DNA of 64,000 nucleotides from Chloroflexota bacterium (lineage in GTDB: Bacteria > Chloroflexota > Dehalococcoidia > UBA2979): contig JAQCIU010000008.1 of the NCBI GenBank assembly GCA_027593235.1, positions 1 to 64,000 of the forward strand, read 5' to 3'. The notes beneath the pieces were generated by a model. It saw only the letters and a list, made by a program, of their open reading frames with translations. It was not told where the DNA came from and made no database searches. Of this stretch, positions 30,818 through 39,785 are shown piece after piece (position 1 is the first letter of the stretch; the number at the start of each line of letters is the position of its first letter). The position numbers and the translations under genes were made by a program.

Positions 30818-31846
30818 CTAGCGCGGGGGGGCAACTCCGACGGAACCGGTCTCATGCCACTCGGCGAGATCCAGCAACGTGATGTTCTCGGGCGCTTTCC
30901 CGTTCATCCACGATTCGACGATCGCCAACGCGCGTCGCCCGAACTCCACCGTGTCCACATTGATCGACGACAGCGGCGGATCCATGAGCCCCACCGTGTA
31001 GCGAGAATCCGTGAAGGTCGCCACGGAACGGTCTCGCGGGATCGATTCGCCGCGCTCCCGCATGGCACGATTCAGCCCGGCGACGTGGCGGCTGTGCGCA
31101 AAGATCGCCGTCGCCGTCGATTCCGCTTCCAGGATCGTCGCCAGTGCCTCGTGCAGTTCCGTGGGTGAGAGATTGAATACCACCGGGCACCGCACCGGCT
31201 CCAGCCCCGCCTCTCGCGCCGCCGACTCAACGTACCGCCAGCGGTTGGACAGGCTCCCGATGTTCTCCAGGTACAGCACACGCTGGTGACCCAGGGCGCG
31301 CAACCGGCGCATCCCTTCCGTCAGTGGCGCCACCTGGGGCGTGATCGCGACCGGGATATCGCGCACCTCGCGCTCACGGCCGAACAGGCCCAGCGTCGGC
31401 ACACCGGCGCGCACGAAGGGCTCCAGATCCGGGCGCAGCGAGGCCCGCAGTCCGGAGAGCATCAACGCATCGACACGTCGCTCGTAGAGCCGCTGGACGT
31501 ATCGCCGCGAATGCTCGATGTCCCCGTCCGCATTGGCCACGATCACGGAATACCCAATCGCGTCCGCCGCAGCCGTCAGCCCGCTCAGGATGTCCAGGTA
31601 AACCGGACCATCCATCCGCTCGAAGAGCACACCGATCGTCAGCGTCCGCGACAACCGCAGGCTGCGCGCGCCGACGTTCGCGCGGTAGTTGAGCCGCTCG
31701 GCCGCCTCGCTGACGCGCTGGCTGAGATCCGGGCTGACCGGCCGGCTGCCGGTCAGCGCGCGCGAGGCGGTACTGATCGACACCCGCGCCTCAGCGGCCA
31801 CGTCTCGCAACGTCGCCACGTGCCGTTCATCGTTGTCGAGGGTCAT
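30818..31846 (-). CDS. LacI family transcriptional regulator
   Basis: TLRDVAAEARVSISTASRAL...LNYRAN HTH; PPLSSI. Confidence 0.93.
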   Translation of the reverse strand: MTLDNDERHVATLRDVAAEARVSISTASRALTGSRPVSPDLSQRVSEAAERLNYRANVGARSLRLSRTLTIGVLFERMDGPVYLDILSGLTAAADAIGYSVIVANADGDIEHSRRYVQRLYERRVDALMLSGLRASLRPDLEPFVRAGVPTLGLFGREREVRDIPVAITPQVAPLTEGMRRLRALGHQRVLYLENIGSLSNRWRYVESAAREAGLEPVRCPVVFNLSPTELHEALATILEAESTATAIFAHSRHVAGLNRAMRERGESIPRDRSVATFTDSRYTVGLMDPPLSSINVDTVEFGRRALAIVESWMNGKAPENITLLDLAEWHETGSVGVAPPR

Positions 31847-31994
31847 GATTCTGATTATCCCCTGACTGCCGCCCAAACGCGACGCCTCGAGCCCTCCGCC
31901 CGTCTCTTATAACGATCGCTGGCCGCCGAGCCGACGCTCGAAGCCGAACCTCCCCCTCACAACTCCCTACGCGATGACCCAACCCACGCCGTCC

Positions 31995-32031
31995 GGGACG
32001 GAGGTCACGTCCATCACCAGACGTTTGTCCC
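31995..32031. promoter_or_regulatory. Two tandem DosR/DevR-like boxes upstream of nosZ
   Basis: GGGAC-GGAG-GTCAC (31995-32008) and CAGAC-GTTT-GTCCC (32018-32031). Confidence 0.45.
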
Positions 32032-32126
32032 TTCGTTCACAGACCAATCCGATCAACGTTGAGTACGCAAGAAGTCGATCGGATCGAACAAGCCCGATCG
32101 GGTCGAAATGGGAACGGAAGGACCGG

Positions 32127-34076
32127 ATGAAGCGACTATTGCTGGTTGGACTCACCGCAATCGCGGCGTTGTCGCTCTATGCCTGCACTGGCGGGGATGA
32201 CGACAGCGGCGGATTGACTGGATCGGCGCAGGAAATCGCAAAGGACCGCGGCCTCACTGACGCGGACGTTCAAGCCGCCTTGAAGACATTCGTGCCGTCG
32301 GGTGGACGCGACGACTACGTCATGTTCGCGTCTGGCGGACACTCCGGTTCGGTCTTCGCGATCGGCATCCCGTCGATGCGTCTGCTGAAGAGCATCGCTG
32401 TCTTCACGCCGGAGGCGTGGCAGGGCTACGGCATCGGCGGGTCGGCCACCGAAGCGACCTTGGATGCCGGGAACTTCAATGACACGGAGATCCGCTGGGG
32501 TGACACGCACCACCCCGCACTGTCGGAAACTGCCGGCGACTACGACGGCCAGTTTTTGTTCATCAATGACAAGGCCGGCGCCCGCGTCGGGGTAATCGAT
32601 TTGAAGGACTTCGAGACGAAGCAGATCGTCAAAAACCCCTTCTCGACGATCGACCACGGCGGCACCTTCGTGACCCCGGACACCGAATGGGTGATCGAGG
32701 GCCCGCAGTACGCCCACCCGATCGGTGGCGCCTACGCCCCGTTGGACCAGTACAACGAGGTGTACCGCGGCTACATCATGTTCTGGAAGTTCGACCGGGA
32801 GGCTGGCCGCATCGACGAGAGTCGGTCCTTCGGCATGGAGCTCCCGCCGTACTGGCAGGACCTCTGTGACGTCGGCAAGCTCGACTCCGCCGGATGGCTC
32901 TTCTGTGGCTCGCTCAACTCCGAGCGCGCGACCGGTGGCATCGAGAGCGGCAACCCGCCCTTCGAGGTTGGCGTCTCCCAGAACGACACGGACTTCCTCC
33001 ACGTGATCAACTGGGAGAAGGCTGCGGAAATCGCCTCAAACGCGGCGAACACCGAGACCTTCAACGGCATGCCCTACATCACCACGGACACCGCCATCGC
33101 TGAAGACCTGCTCTTCCTGGTGCCGGAACCGAAGAGCCCTCACGGTTCGGACGTCACCCCGGATGGCAAGTTCGTGATCGTCTCTGGCAAGTTGGACCCG
33201 ACGATTACGGGCTACTCGTTCGCGAAGATTCAGGCTGCGATCAGTGCCGGCTCCGGTGACCCGGATCCGTACGGCATCCGCATCCTCCCCTTCGACGAGG
33301 TGATGGAAGCACAGATCGAAGTTGGCCTTGGGCCGCTACACACCCAGTTCGCTGGTAACGGCATCGCCTACACCAGCCTCTTCCTGGACAACGCGGTCTC
33401 CAAGTGGCGCTTCGGCGACACCTGGGAGCTGATCTCGACCACGCCCACCCAATACAACGTCGGCCACATCGCGGCCGCCGAGGGTGACACCGTGTCTCCG
33501 GACGGCAACTACCTGGTTTCGCTCAACAAATGGGCCACGGACCGCTTCACCACGGTTGGGCCGCTCTTGCCGCAGAACCTCCAGCTACTCGACATTTCGA
33601 TCGAGACGCCGCAGGTGATCTACGACATGGCCATGGGTGTCGGTGAACCGCACTACGCGCAGATCATCAAGGCCGACAAGCTGCAGGCCTGGGAGGTCTA
33701 CCCGGAGATCGGCTGGGATCCGCACACCGGTGCGGTCGACCCGAACGCTGCGCTCCCTGGACAGGAACGCGTGGAGCGCAACGGCAACAACGTCGAGATC
33801 TGGATGACCGCGATTCGGAGTCACTTCACTCCGGAGAACGTCGAGATCAAGGCTGGTGACAAGGTCACCTGGCACATCACGAACATCGAGCGGGCCTACG
33901 ACGCCACGCACGGGTTCGCGCTGCCGGGACACAACATCACCTTGAGCCTTGAGCCCGGTGAAGCGGCGACATTCGAGTTCGAAGCCAAGAACTCTGGTGT
34001 CTTCAACTTCTACTGCACCGAGTTCTGCTCGGCACTGCACCTGGAGATGATGGGACACCTGCTGATCGAGCCATAG
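32127..34076 (+). CDS. nosZ: Clade II (Sec-dependent, lipoprotein) nitrous-oxide reductase
   Basis: Lipobox LYA-C, no twin-Arg; CuZ His motifs DTHHP, DHGG, PHG, GPLH, VGH, EPH; CuA THG...CTEFCSALHLEM. Confidence 0.97.
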   Translation: MKRLLLVGLTAIAALSLYACTGGDDDSGGLTGSAQEIAKDRGLTDADVQAALKTFVPSGGRDDYVMFASGGHSGSVFAIGIPSMRLLKSIAVFTPEAWQGYGIGGSATEATLDAGNFNDTEIRWGDTHHPALSETAGDYDGQFLFINDKAGARVGVIDLKDFETKQIVKNPFSTIDHGGTFVTPDTEWVIEGPQYAHPIGGAYAPLDQYNEVYRGYIMFWKFDREAGRIDESRSFGMELPPYWQDLCDVGKLDSAGWLFCGSLNSERATGGIESGNPPFEVGVSQNDTDFLHVINWEKAAEIASNAANTETFNGMPYITTDTAIAEDLLFLVPEPKSPHGSDVTPDGKFVIVSGKLDPTITGYSFAKIQAAISAGSGDPDPYGIRILPFDEVMEAQIEVGLGPLHTQFAGNGIAYTSLFLDNAVSKWRFGDTWELISTTPTQYNVGHIAAAEGDTVSPDGNYLVSLNKWATDRFTTVGPLLPQNLQLLDISIETPQVIYDMAMGVGEPHYAQIIKADKLQAWEVYPEIGWDPHTGAVDPNAALPGQERVERNGNNVEIWMTAIRSHFTPENVEIKAGDKVTWHITNIERAYDATHGFALPGHNITLSLEPGEAATFEFEAKNSGVFNFYCTEFCSALHLEMMGHLLIEP

Positions 34077-34100
34077 CGAAAGGACCCACGAACAACAGCA

Positions 34101-34220
34101 GGATTCGACTGCGCTCGAATCGAGGCCTGGGGGCGAGGGCTTCGGCTCTCTCCCCCTCCCACCCATGGTGGGAGCCGGGCCGAGCGCCCCGGAGGCGGAA
34201 CAGCCCCCCGCCTCCGGGGC
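34101..34220 (+). other. Cluster of stable hairpins in the nosZ-nosB intergenic region
   Basis: GATTCGA..TCGAATC, GAGGGC-TTCG-GCTCTC, CTCCCACC-CAT-GGTGGGAG, GCCCCGGAGGCGG..CCGCCTCCGGGGC. Confidence 0.55.
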
Positions 34221-34240
34221 CACAGGAAAGAGAGAGCGAT

Positions 34241-34936
34241 ATGGACATGACGGACGTCCGAAGTGGACTCGCCCGCCCACTTGAGGGCCTGCGAACAGCG
34301 GCCGGCACGCTCCGTCGGTCCGCCTGGGCTCCAACCAGACGCTGGATCGCGGTGTACGGGGACCGCTGGTTCCCGATCGCTGCCGCCCTGCTCATCACTG
34401 CATCGATCTTCTTCCCGTACTGGCGCCTGAAGCTCAACGCACCGCAGTACCCGCGGGGCCTGGAGGCGAGCATCGGGATCCGCGACGTCGCCGGTGATGT
34501 CAGCGAAATCGACGGCCTCAACCACTACATAGGCATGCGCCCGCTCGCCGAGGGCGGGAAGCTGGAACTCAGCATCTCCATCTACGCCATTCCCGCGATG
34601 GCCGGCCTTGCCGCACTTGCCGCGATCCGCCGGCGTCGGTTCTGGCTCTTCGCGCTTCCGGCCATCGCCTACCCGGTGGTCTTCACCGCGGATCTCTACT
34701 ACTGGTTGTATGACTTCGGACACACTCTTGATCCAACTGCGGCACTCTCGAACGCCTTCGATGAATTCACACCCACCCTCATCGGACCGGGTCGCGTCGG
34801 CCAATTCACCACGTTCTCCTTCTACGAGATCGGCTTTGGCATGGCCTTCCTCGGTTCGGTGCTCCTCGTCATCTCCACTGTCGTGCGCGTTCGACGCGAG
34901 CGCGCCGCCGACCGTCTCACCATGGCAGGCGCCTGA
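34241..34936 (+). CDS. nosB: NosB-like polytopic membrane protein of clade II nos clusters
   Basis: PYWRLKLNAPQYPRGL, EIDGLNHYIGM, YDFGHTLDP; about 4 TM; right after nosZ. Confidence 0.82.
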   Translation: MDMTDVRSGLARPLEGLRTAAGTLRRSAWAPTRRWIAVYGDRWFPIAAALLITASIFFPYWRLKLNAPQYPRGLEASIGIRDVAGDVSEIDGLNHYIGMRPLAEGGKLELSISIYAIPAMAGLAALAAIRRRRFWLFALPAIAYPVVFTADLYYWLYDFGHTLDPTAALSNAFDEFTPTLIGPGRVGQFTTFSFYEIGFGMAFLGSVLLVISTVVRVRRERAADRLTMAGA

Positions 34937-34938
34937 CC

Positions 34939-36675
34939 GTGATCGCCGCGCTCGTCGCGGTCATCCTGCTCGTCTCAGCTGACGGGCCCTACACCTCGAT
35001 CCCCGAGGCGCTGGCCGTTGCCCAGCCCGGCGACACGATCCTCGTTCACGGCGGCGTGCACCCCGCGCTGCTGATCGACAAGTCCGTCACGATCCGCGGC
35101 GAAGCCGGCGCCGTCATCGATGGCGGCGGTCTTGGCGACGTCGTGACGATCGACGCGCCCGATGTCACCCTCGAGGGCTTCGAACTCCGCCGTTCCGGGC
35201 GCGTGCTCTACCAGGAGCACGCCGGCGTCACCGTGCTACAGCCACGCGTCACCGTCCGCGACAACGACATCCACGACGTACTGTTCGGCGTGTTCGTGAA
35301 GCGCGGAGACCACGCGCTGATCCAGGGCAACCACGTCACCGGTTACGACTACCTGGATGTCCACTCGCGCGGCGATGGGTTGCGCGCCTGGTACAGCGTC
35401 GGCGCCCGCTTCATCGAGAATCGCGTTGAACGCACCAGGGATGTGATCCTCTGGTTCTCCAACGACGCCGTGGTCAAGGACAACGTCATCTCCGATGGGC
35501 GCTACGGCCTCCACTTTATGTACGACGACGGCATGGTCGTCAGCGGGAACCACGTCCACGACAACTCCGTCGGCATGTTCCTCATGTACTCGTCGAATGT
35601 CGCGGTGCGCGACAACTTGATCACGGACAACTCCGGGCCCAGCGGGTACGGCATCGGCCTCAAAGAGGTCGCCAACCTGGACGTCACCGGCAACGTCTTG
35701 CTGCGCAATCGCATCGGAGTCTCGTTCGACACTGTCCCGCATGGGCAGGACGCGTTCGCGACATTCACGGGCAACCTCGTCGCGTTCAACCTCGCCGGCA
35801 TGTCCTTCCAGCCCGACACGAAGCGCGTCGAACTGCTGACCAATAGCTTCGACCGCAATGGCACGCAAATCGAAATCCGTGGCGGTGGCGATCTTGCTGG
35901 GAACGTCTGGAACGCAGACCGTGGCAACTACTGGAGCGACTACGTCGGCTACGACGCGGATCGCGACGGCATCGGCGACCTCGCCTACGAGCCGCAGTCG
36001 CTCTTTGAATCGTTGCGTGACGAGGATCCCGTCCTCGCGCTCTTCAACTTCAGCCCCGCGGCACTCGCCGTAGACTTCGCCGCCCGCGCCGTCCCGAACC
36101 TCCGGCCCAGTCCCAAGGTGGTGGACGCCGCCCCGCTCACCGATAACCTCGCTCCACCCTGGTTCGAAGCCGGACGGAGCGCTCGCCTGCCGCTGGCGAC
36201 CGTGACCATCGTGTTGCTCACACTTGGCGTTGTGGTCACCCGCGGTATGTCGCGCGGATTCGAGGCCGGCACGACGCGTGCACGAGATGAGGATGCTTCG
36301 ATGGCGATGGATGACGTGAGCGCCATCCTCAGCGCGCGCGGGCTCACCAAACGCTACGGCGATCGCACCGTTCTCAACGCCCTCGATCTCACCGTCCGGC
36401 GTGGTGAAGCGGTCGCGCTCTGGGGTGGCAACGGCGCCGGCAAGACCACCGCCATCCGCTGCATCGTCGGCGTCGTTCGCCATGACGGTGATGTCTACGT
36501 CGATGGCGCCCACCTCGCCGAGGAGCCGCGCGCCGTCCGCCGTGCAATCGGTTACGTCCCCCAGGATCAGCAGCTCACCGATCTGCCGGCTCGCGAGCTG
36601 CTCTCCTTCTTCGGCGCGCTTCGCGGCGTCCCCGCTGACGAGGTGGGTGCAACCGCGATCCTCGTCGGCATCTAG
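34939..36675 (+). CDS. nosD: NosD fused through a TM helix to the N-terminal half of a NosF ABC ATPase; ends at an in-frame TAG
   Basis: Beta-helix with RGDG..WYS, GRYGLHFMY, GNYWSDY.GYD...DGIGD; then TM; then Walker A GGNGAGKTT and IGYVPQ. Confidence 0.9.
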   Translation: MIAALVAVILLVSADGPYTSIPEALAVAQPGDTILVHGGVHPALLIDKSVTIRGEAGAVIDGGGLGDVVTIDAPDVTLEGFELRRSGRVLYQEHAGVTVLQPRVTVRDNDIHDVLFGVFVKRGDHALIQGNHVTGYDYLDVHSRGDGLRAWYSVGARFIENRVERTRDVILWFSNDAVVKDNVISDGRYGLHFMYDDGMVVSGNHVHDNSVGMFLMYSSNVAVRDNLITDNSGPSGYGIGLKEVANLDVTGNVLLRNRIGVSFDTVPHGQDAFATFTGNLVAFNLAGMSFQPDTKRVELLTNSFDRNGTQIEIRGGGDLAGNVWNADRGNYWSDYVGYDADRDGIGDLAYEPQSLFESLRDEDPVLALFNFSPAALAVDFAARAVPNLRPSPKVVDAAPLTDNLAPPWFEAGRSARLPLATVTIVLLTLGVVVTRGMSRGFEAGTTRARDEDASMAMDDVSAILSARGLTKRYGDRTVLNALDLTVRRGEAVALWGGNGAGKTTAIRCIVGVVRHDGDVYVDGAHLAEEPRAVRRAIGYVPQDQQLTDLPARELLSFFGALRGVPADEVGATAILVGI

Positions 36676-37179
36676 GATCACCTGCAGAAGCGCCCAAACG
36701 AACTCTCCGGCGGGCTCCGCCAGCGGCTCGCGCTGGCCATCGCCCTCCTCGGCGATCCGCCGCTCCTGCTCCTCGACGAACCGACCGCCAACCTCGACGC
36801 CGCGACACGCGAATCGATCTTCGCGCTGCTGGACGCGAAGCGAAGCCGCGGCACCACCGTCGTCTTCACGACCCACCGCGCGGACGAGGTGATCGCCTTC
36901 GCCGATCGCGTCATCACGCTGCAAGACGGTCGCGTCATCGCGGAGGAGGCCGCGGACGCCTTCGCCCGCAACCTGGACGGTGCGACCAACAACCTGCTGA
37001 TCCGCGTCGCCGAGGACGATGTCACCCGCGCGCACGCGCTGCTGGCGGCGGCGGGGCTCAACGTCACCGCTCGCGCCGGCTGGCTCACCGTCCGCGACGC
37101 ATCCCCCGATCGGCCGCTCCACGTCCTCTTCATCGAGGGCATCGCCGTCCTCGAGTCAGCAATCGGGAGCCAACGATGA
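36301..37179 (+). pseudogene. nosF: NosF ABC ATPase domain split by TAG at 36673-36675 (nonsense mutation, sequencing error or readthrough)
   Basis: Same frame continues after TAG with ELSGGLRQRL, LLLDEPTANLD, TTH to TGA at 37179, which overlaps the nosY start. Confidence 0.8.
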
Positions 37180-38003
37180 GCCCGCATACGGTCGGCCTGA
37201 TCGCCCGCCTGGAGTTCCAGGCAGCGCTCCGCAACTGGTGGCTCGTCCTTTACGCCGCCATCTTCACCGTCCTCGCTGGTGGCGTGTCCTATCTCTCCGC
37301 CGGCGGACTCTCCGGCCTCGAGGCCGGTCAATTCGGGCGCACCGCCGCCGCGCTCACCAACGTCGTGCTGCTCGTCGTCCCGCTCTTCGGCCTGATCGCG
37401 GGCGCCATCTCACTCGCCGCGGATCGGGAACGTGGGCTCCTCGCCTACTACCTGGCGCAACCGATCTCCGCGGCGGAGCTGTTCTGGGGCAAATACCTCG
37501 GAACCGCCGCGGCGCTTCTCGTGGGGCTCGCTGTCGGCTTCGCGGCGGCCGCGCTCGCACTCGCCCGAGGTGGGGCGCTCGATGCCATCGACCTCGTGTG
37601 GCTGATCGCGCTCTCCGCGCTGCTGATGCTCGCGGCGTACTCGGTCGGGACCCTGATTTCCGTGCTCTCGCGCCGCAGCGCCATGGCCCTCGGCGTTGCC
37701 GTCTTCGCCTGGGTCACATTGCTCTTCCTCGGCGACCTGGGCCTGATGGCTACGGTCGTCGCGACACGCCTCGATCTCCGGATCGTCATCGGTATCGCGC
37801 TGCTCAACCCGGCCGAGGCCTTCAAGATCGCCAGCATCGATCAGGTCGGCAGCTCGCTCGACGCGCTCGGCCCCGCTGGCAACTACCTCGTCACCAACCT
37901 CGGGCGTGGACTGCGCCCGCTGCTCCTCGCGCTGCTCGCCTCCTGGATCGTGATCCCCTCGCTGCTCGCGATGCTGCGCTTTGAGCGCGACGACGCGATC
38001 TAA
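37176..38003 (+). CDS. nosY: NosY ABC transporter permease
   Basis: Multi-TM; DRERGLL..YLAQPIS...GKY, LLNP; ATGA overlap with nosF. Confidence 0.9.
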   Translation: MSPHTVGLIARLEFQAALRNWWLVLYAAIFTVLAGGVSYLSAGGLSGLEAGQFGRTAAALTNVVLLVVPLFGLIAGAISLAADRERGLLAYYLAQPISAAELFWGKYLGTAAALLVGLAVGFAAAALALARGGALDAIDLVWLIALSALLMLAAYSVGTLISVLSRRSAMALGVAVFAWVTLLFLGDLGLMATVVATRLDLRIVIGIALLNPAEAFKIASIDQVGSSLDALGPAGNYLVTNLGRGLRPLLLALLASWIVIPSLLAMLRFERDDAI

Positions 38004-38016
38004 GGTGGCCCGAACG

Positions 38017-38442
38017 ATGCGCGCCATCGCTGTCACCTGTGCCCTCGTGGTTCTGATGTCGCTGACCGCCGCCTGCAACGACGAGGCGCTGAACGAGTTT
38101 GGCGCCGCCGGCGCCGGTCAATCCTCGGTCACCGTTCAGCTCTACGACGGGTGGATCGGCAGCCCGGAAACGGATCAGGCGATCGGACCGGGGCTCCCGC
38201 TCCAGGTCACACTCCACCCCCACAACGACGTCACGATCCACGTCATCAACATGGGCGCCGCAGTCCACGCATTCGCCCTCTACGCCGACGAGGCCGGTAC
38301 CGAGCTCCTGGTGCAATCGCAGGCGCTGCCGCCCGGGGCGACCGAGGAATTACGGTTCCACTTTCACGACGCGCAGATCGCCTACTTCTTCGATGACGGC
38401 CATCGCAAGGACATGCGGGGAGAGTTCCATGTCTACGAGTAA
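38017..38442 (+). CDS. Cupredoxin-like lipoprotein lacking the type-1 copper Cys
   Basis: Lipobox LTAA-C; VTIHVIN...HAF, LPPG, YFFDDGHRKDMRGEFHV. Confidence 0.6.
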   Translation: MRAIAVTCALVVLMSLTAACNDEALNEFGAAGAGQSSVTVQLYDGWIGSPETDQAIGPGLPLQVTLHPHNDVTIHVINMGAAVHAFALYADEAGTELLVQSQALPPGATEELRFHFHDAQIAYFFDDGHRKDMRGEFHVYE

Positions 38443-39067
38443 CGTCGACTGGCTTCGGTGGACGACGATCGCGGTGTTCGTGGTCGCAATCGCCATGGCT
38501 GCAGTCATCGCCTGGGATCGCCTGGGGGGGACGTCCGCGGACCCGCACATCTTCGCCAGCGTGGTCTACGACCCGGCCGAAACCATGCCGGACTTCACGC
38601 TGACCGCTCAGGACGGCACGCCATTCACGCTCAGCGAGCAGCGCGGCGAAGTCGTCGCCCTCTATTTCGGCTACACCCACTGCCCCGATGTCTGCCCGCT
38701 CACCCTCAGCAACCTCGCCCGCGTCCGCAACGGCCTGCCCGAGGACCTCCGCGAGGACCTCCAAGTCGTCATGGTCACAGTCGATCCCACCCGCGACACC
38801 GTCGAGGTGATGGCCGACTACGTCCCGGTCTTCGACGCCAGCTTCATCGGCATCAGCGGTACGCCGGCGGAGGTGGAGCGGGTCCTCGGCAGCTGGCGCA
38901 TCCCCGTCGAACTGGGCGAACCGGACGCCGCGGGCAACTACGCCGTCGGGCACCCCGCCTACACGTTGATCCTCGATCGTGAGGGTCGGCGCCTGCTCAA
39001 GATGAACCAGATCATCACCTTCGAGCAGATGGCGGCGGACCTGCGCGCGGTCCTCGAACAGAGCTAG
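38429..39067 (+). CDS. SCO1/SenC family copper chaperone
   Basis: N-terminal TM; FGYTHCPDVCP, VTVDP.RD, distal His (YAVGH). Confidence 0.93.
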   Translation: MSTSNVDWLRWTTIAVFVVAIAMAAVIAWDRLGGTSADPHIFASVVYDPAETMPDFTLTAQDGTPFTLSEQRGEVVALYFGYTHCPDVCPLTLSNLARVRNGLPEDLREDLQVVMVTVDPTRDTVEVMADYVPVFDASFIGISGTPAEVERVLGSWRIPVELGEPDAAGNYAVGHPAYTLILDREGRRLLKMNQIITFEQMAADLRAVLEQS

Positions 39068-39127
39068 CGGCAGCGGGCTCCCTCGCTTGCCCATCACGCG
39101 AATCGCACGCCGCTTCCGACACGCAAA

Positions 39128-39152
39128 GACGCCGGCCCTCTCGGGCCGGCGT
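39128..39152. terminator. Hairpin between convergent SCO and cytochrome c genes
   Basis: GACGCCGGCCC-TCTC-GGGCCGGCGTC. Confidence 0.65.
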
Positions 39153-39179
39153 CGCCGATTCCACGCGGAATCTGTTGAG

Positions 39180-39602
39180 CTACGGCGCCGTGCGAATGAA
39201 CTGGACCAATGCGTCGATCTCCGCCGTGCTCAGCCCCGTGTCGCTCCAGGCCGGCATCACCGTCCCGGCCCGCCCGTTTGTGATCGTGTCGCGGTAGAAG
39301 TCATCGCTCTCCGTCAGCACGTCAGGAGTCAGCGGGAGCCCGAGCCCCGTGATCACTTGCCGATCCGCACCGTGGCACGCCGAGCAGTTCAGCGTGTAGA
39401 ACTCCTGGGCGGTCTTTCCGCCAAAGAGCACTCCATCATCACCGCCGCCGGCCGTCTCCGTTGCCGCAGCCGTGGCCGCGGTGGTCTCGGTCGCCGCGGC
39501 AGTGGCATCGCCGTCGTCGTCGCCGCCACCGCAGGCCGCAAACGCCACCGTACCGATCACCGCCAGCCCCACGACTGCAATCTTCACGCTCGGGAACCGC
39601 AT
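39180..39602 (-). CDS. Lipoprotein monoheme class I cytochrome c
   Basis: Lipobox FAA-C, Ala/Thr linker, CSACH, distal Met VMPAW. Confidence 0.92.
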   Translation of the reverse strand: MRFPSVKIAVVGLAVIGTVAFAACGGGDDDGDATAAATETTAATAAATETAGGGDDGVLFGGKTAQEFYTLNCSACHGADRQVITGLGLPLTPDVLTESDDFYRDTITNGRAGTVMPAWSDTGLSTAEIDALVQFIRTAP

Positions 39603-39635
39603 CGATCTGCTCCTTTTGTATCTCGCACGATCGTC

Positions 39636-39695
39636 GGTCCAATCGTCCCCTCGATCTATGGACCAAATGGACCTCCTCCTCGGGACCTTCGCCCC
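39636..39695. promoter_or_regulatory. Three tandem DosR/DevR-like boxes in the divergent cytochrome c / regulator promoter
   Basis: GGTCC-AATC-GTCCC (39636), GGACC-AAAT-GGACC (39660), GGGAC-CTTC-GCCCC (39682); 22-24 bp spacing. Confidence 0.45.
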
Positions 39696-39785
39696 TCCCG
39701 GCTGCTCGGCGATCGCGCCTCGACCCGCGTTAACAAGCAGCCAACGAAACAGCGCCAGAGTGGTTGAAGGAACCGAAGGGGTCGC

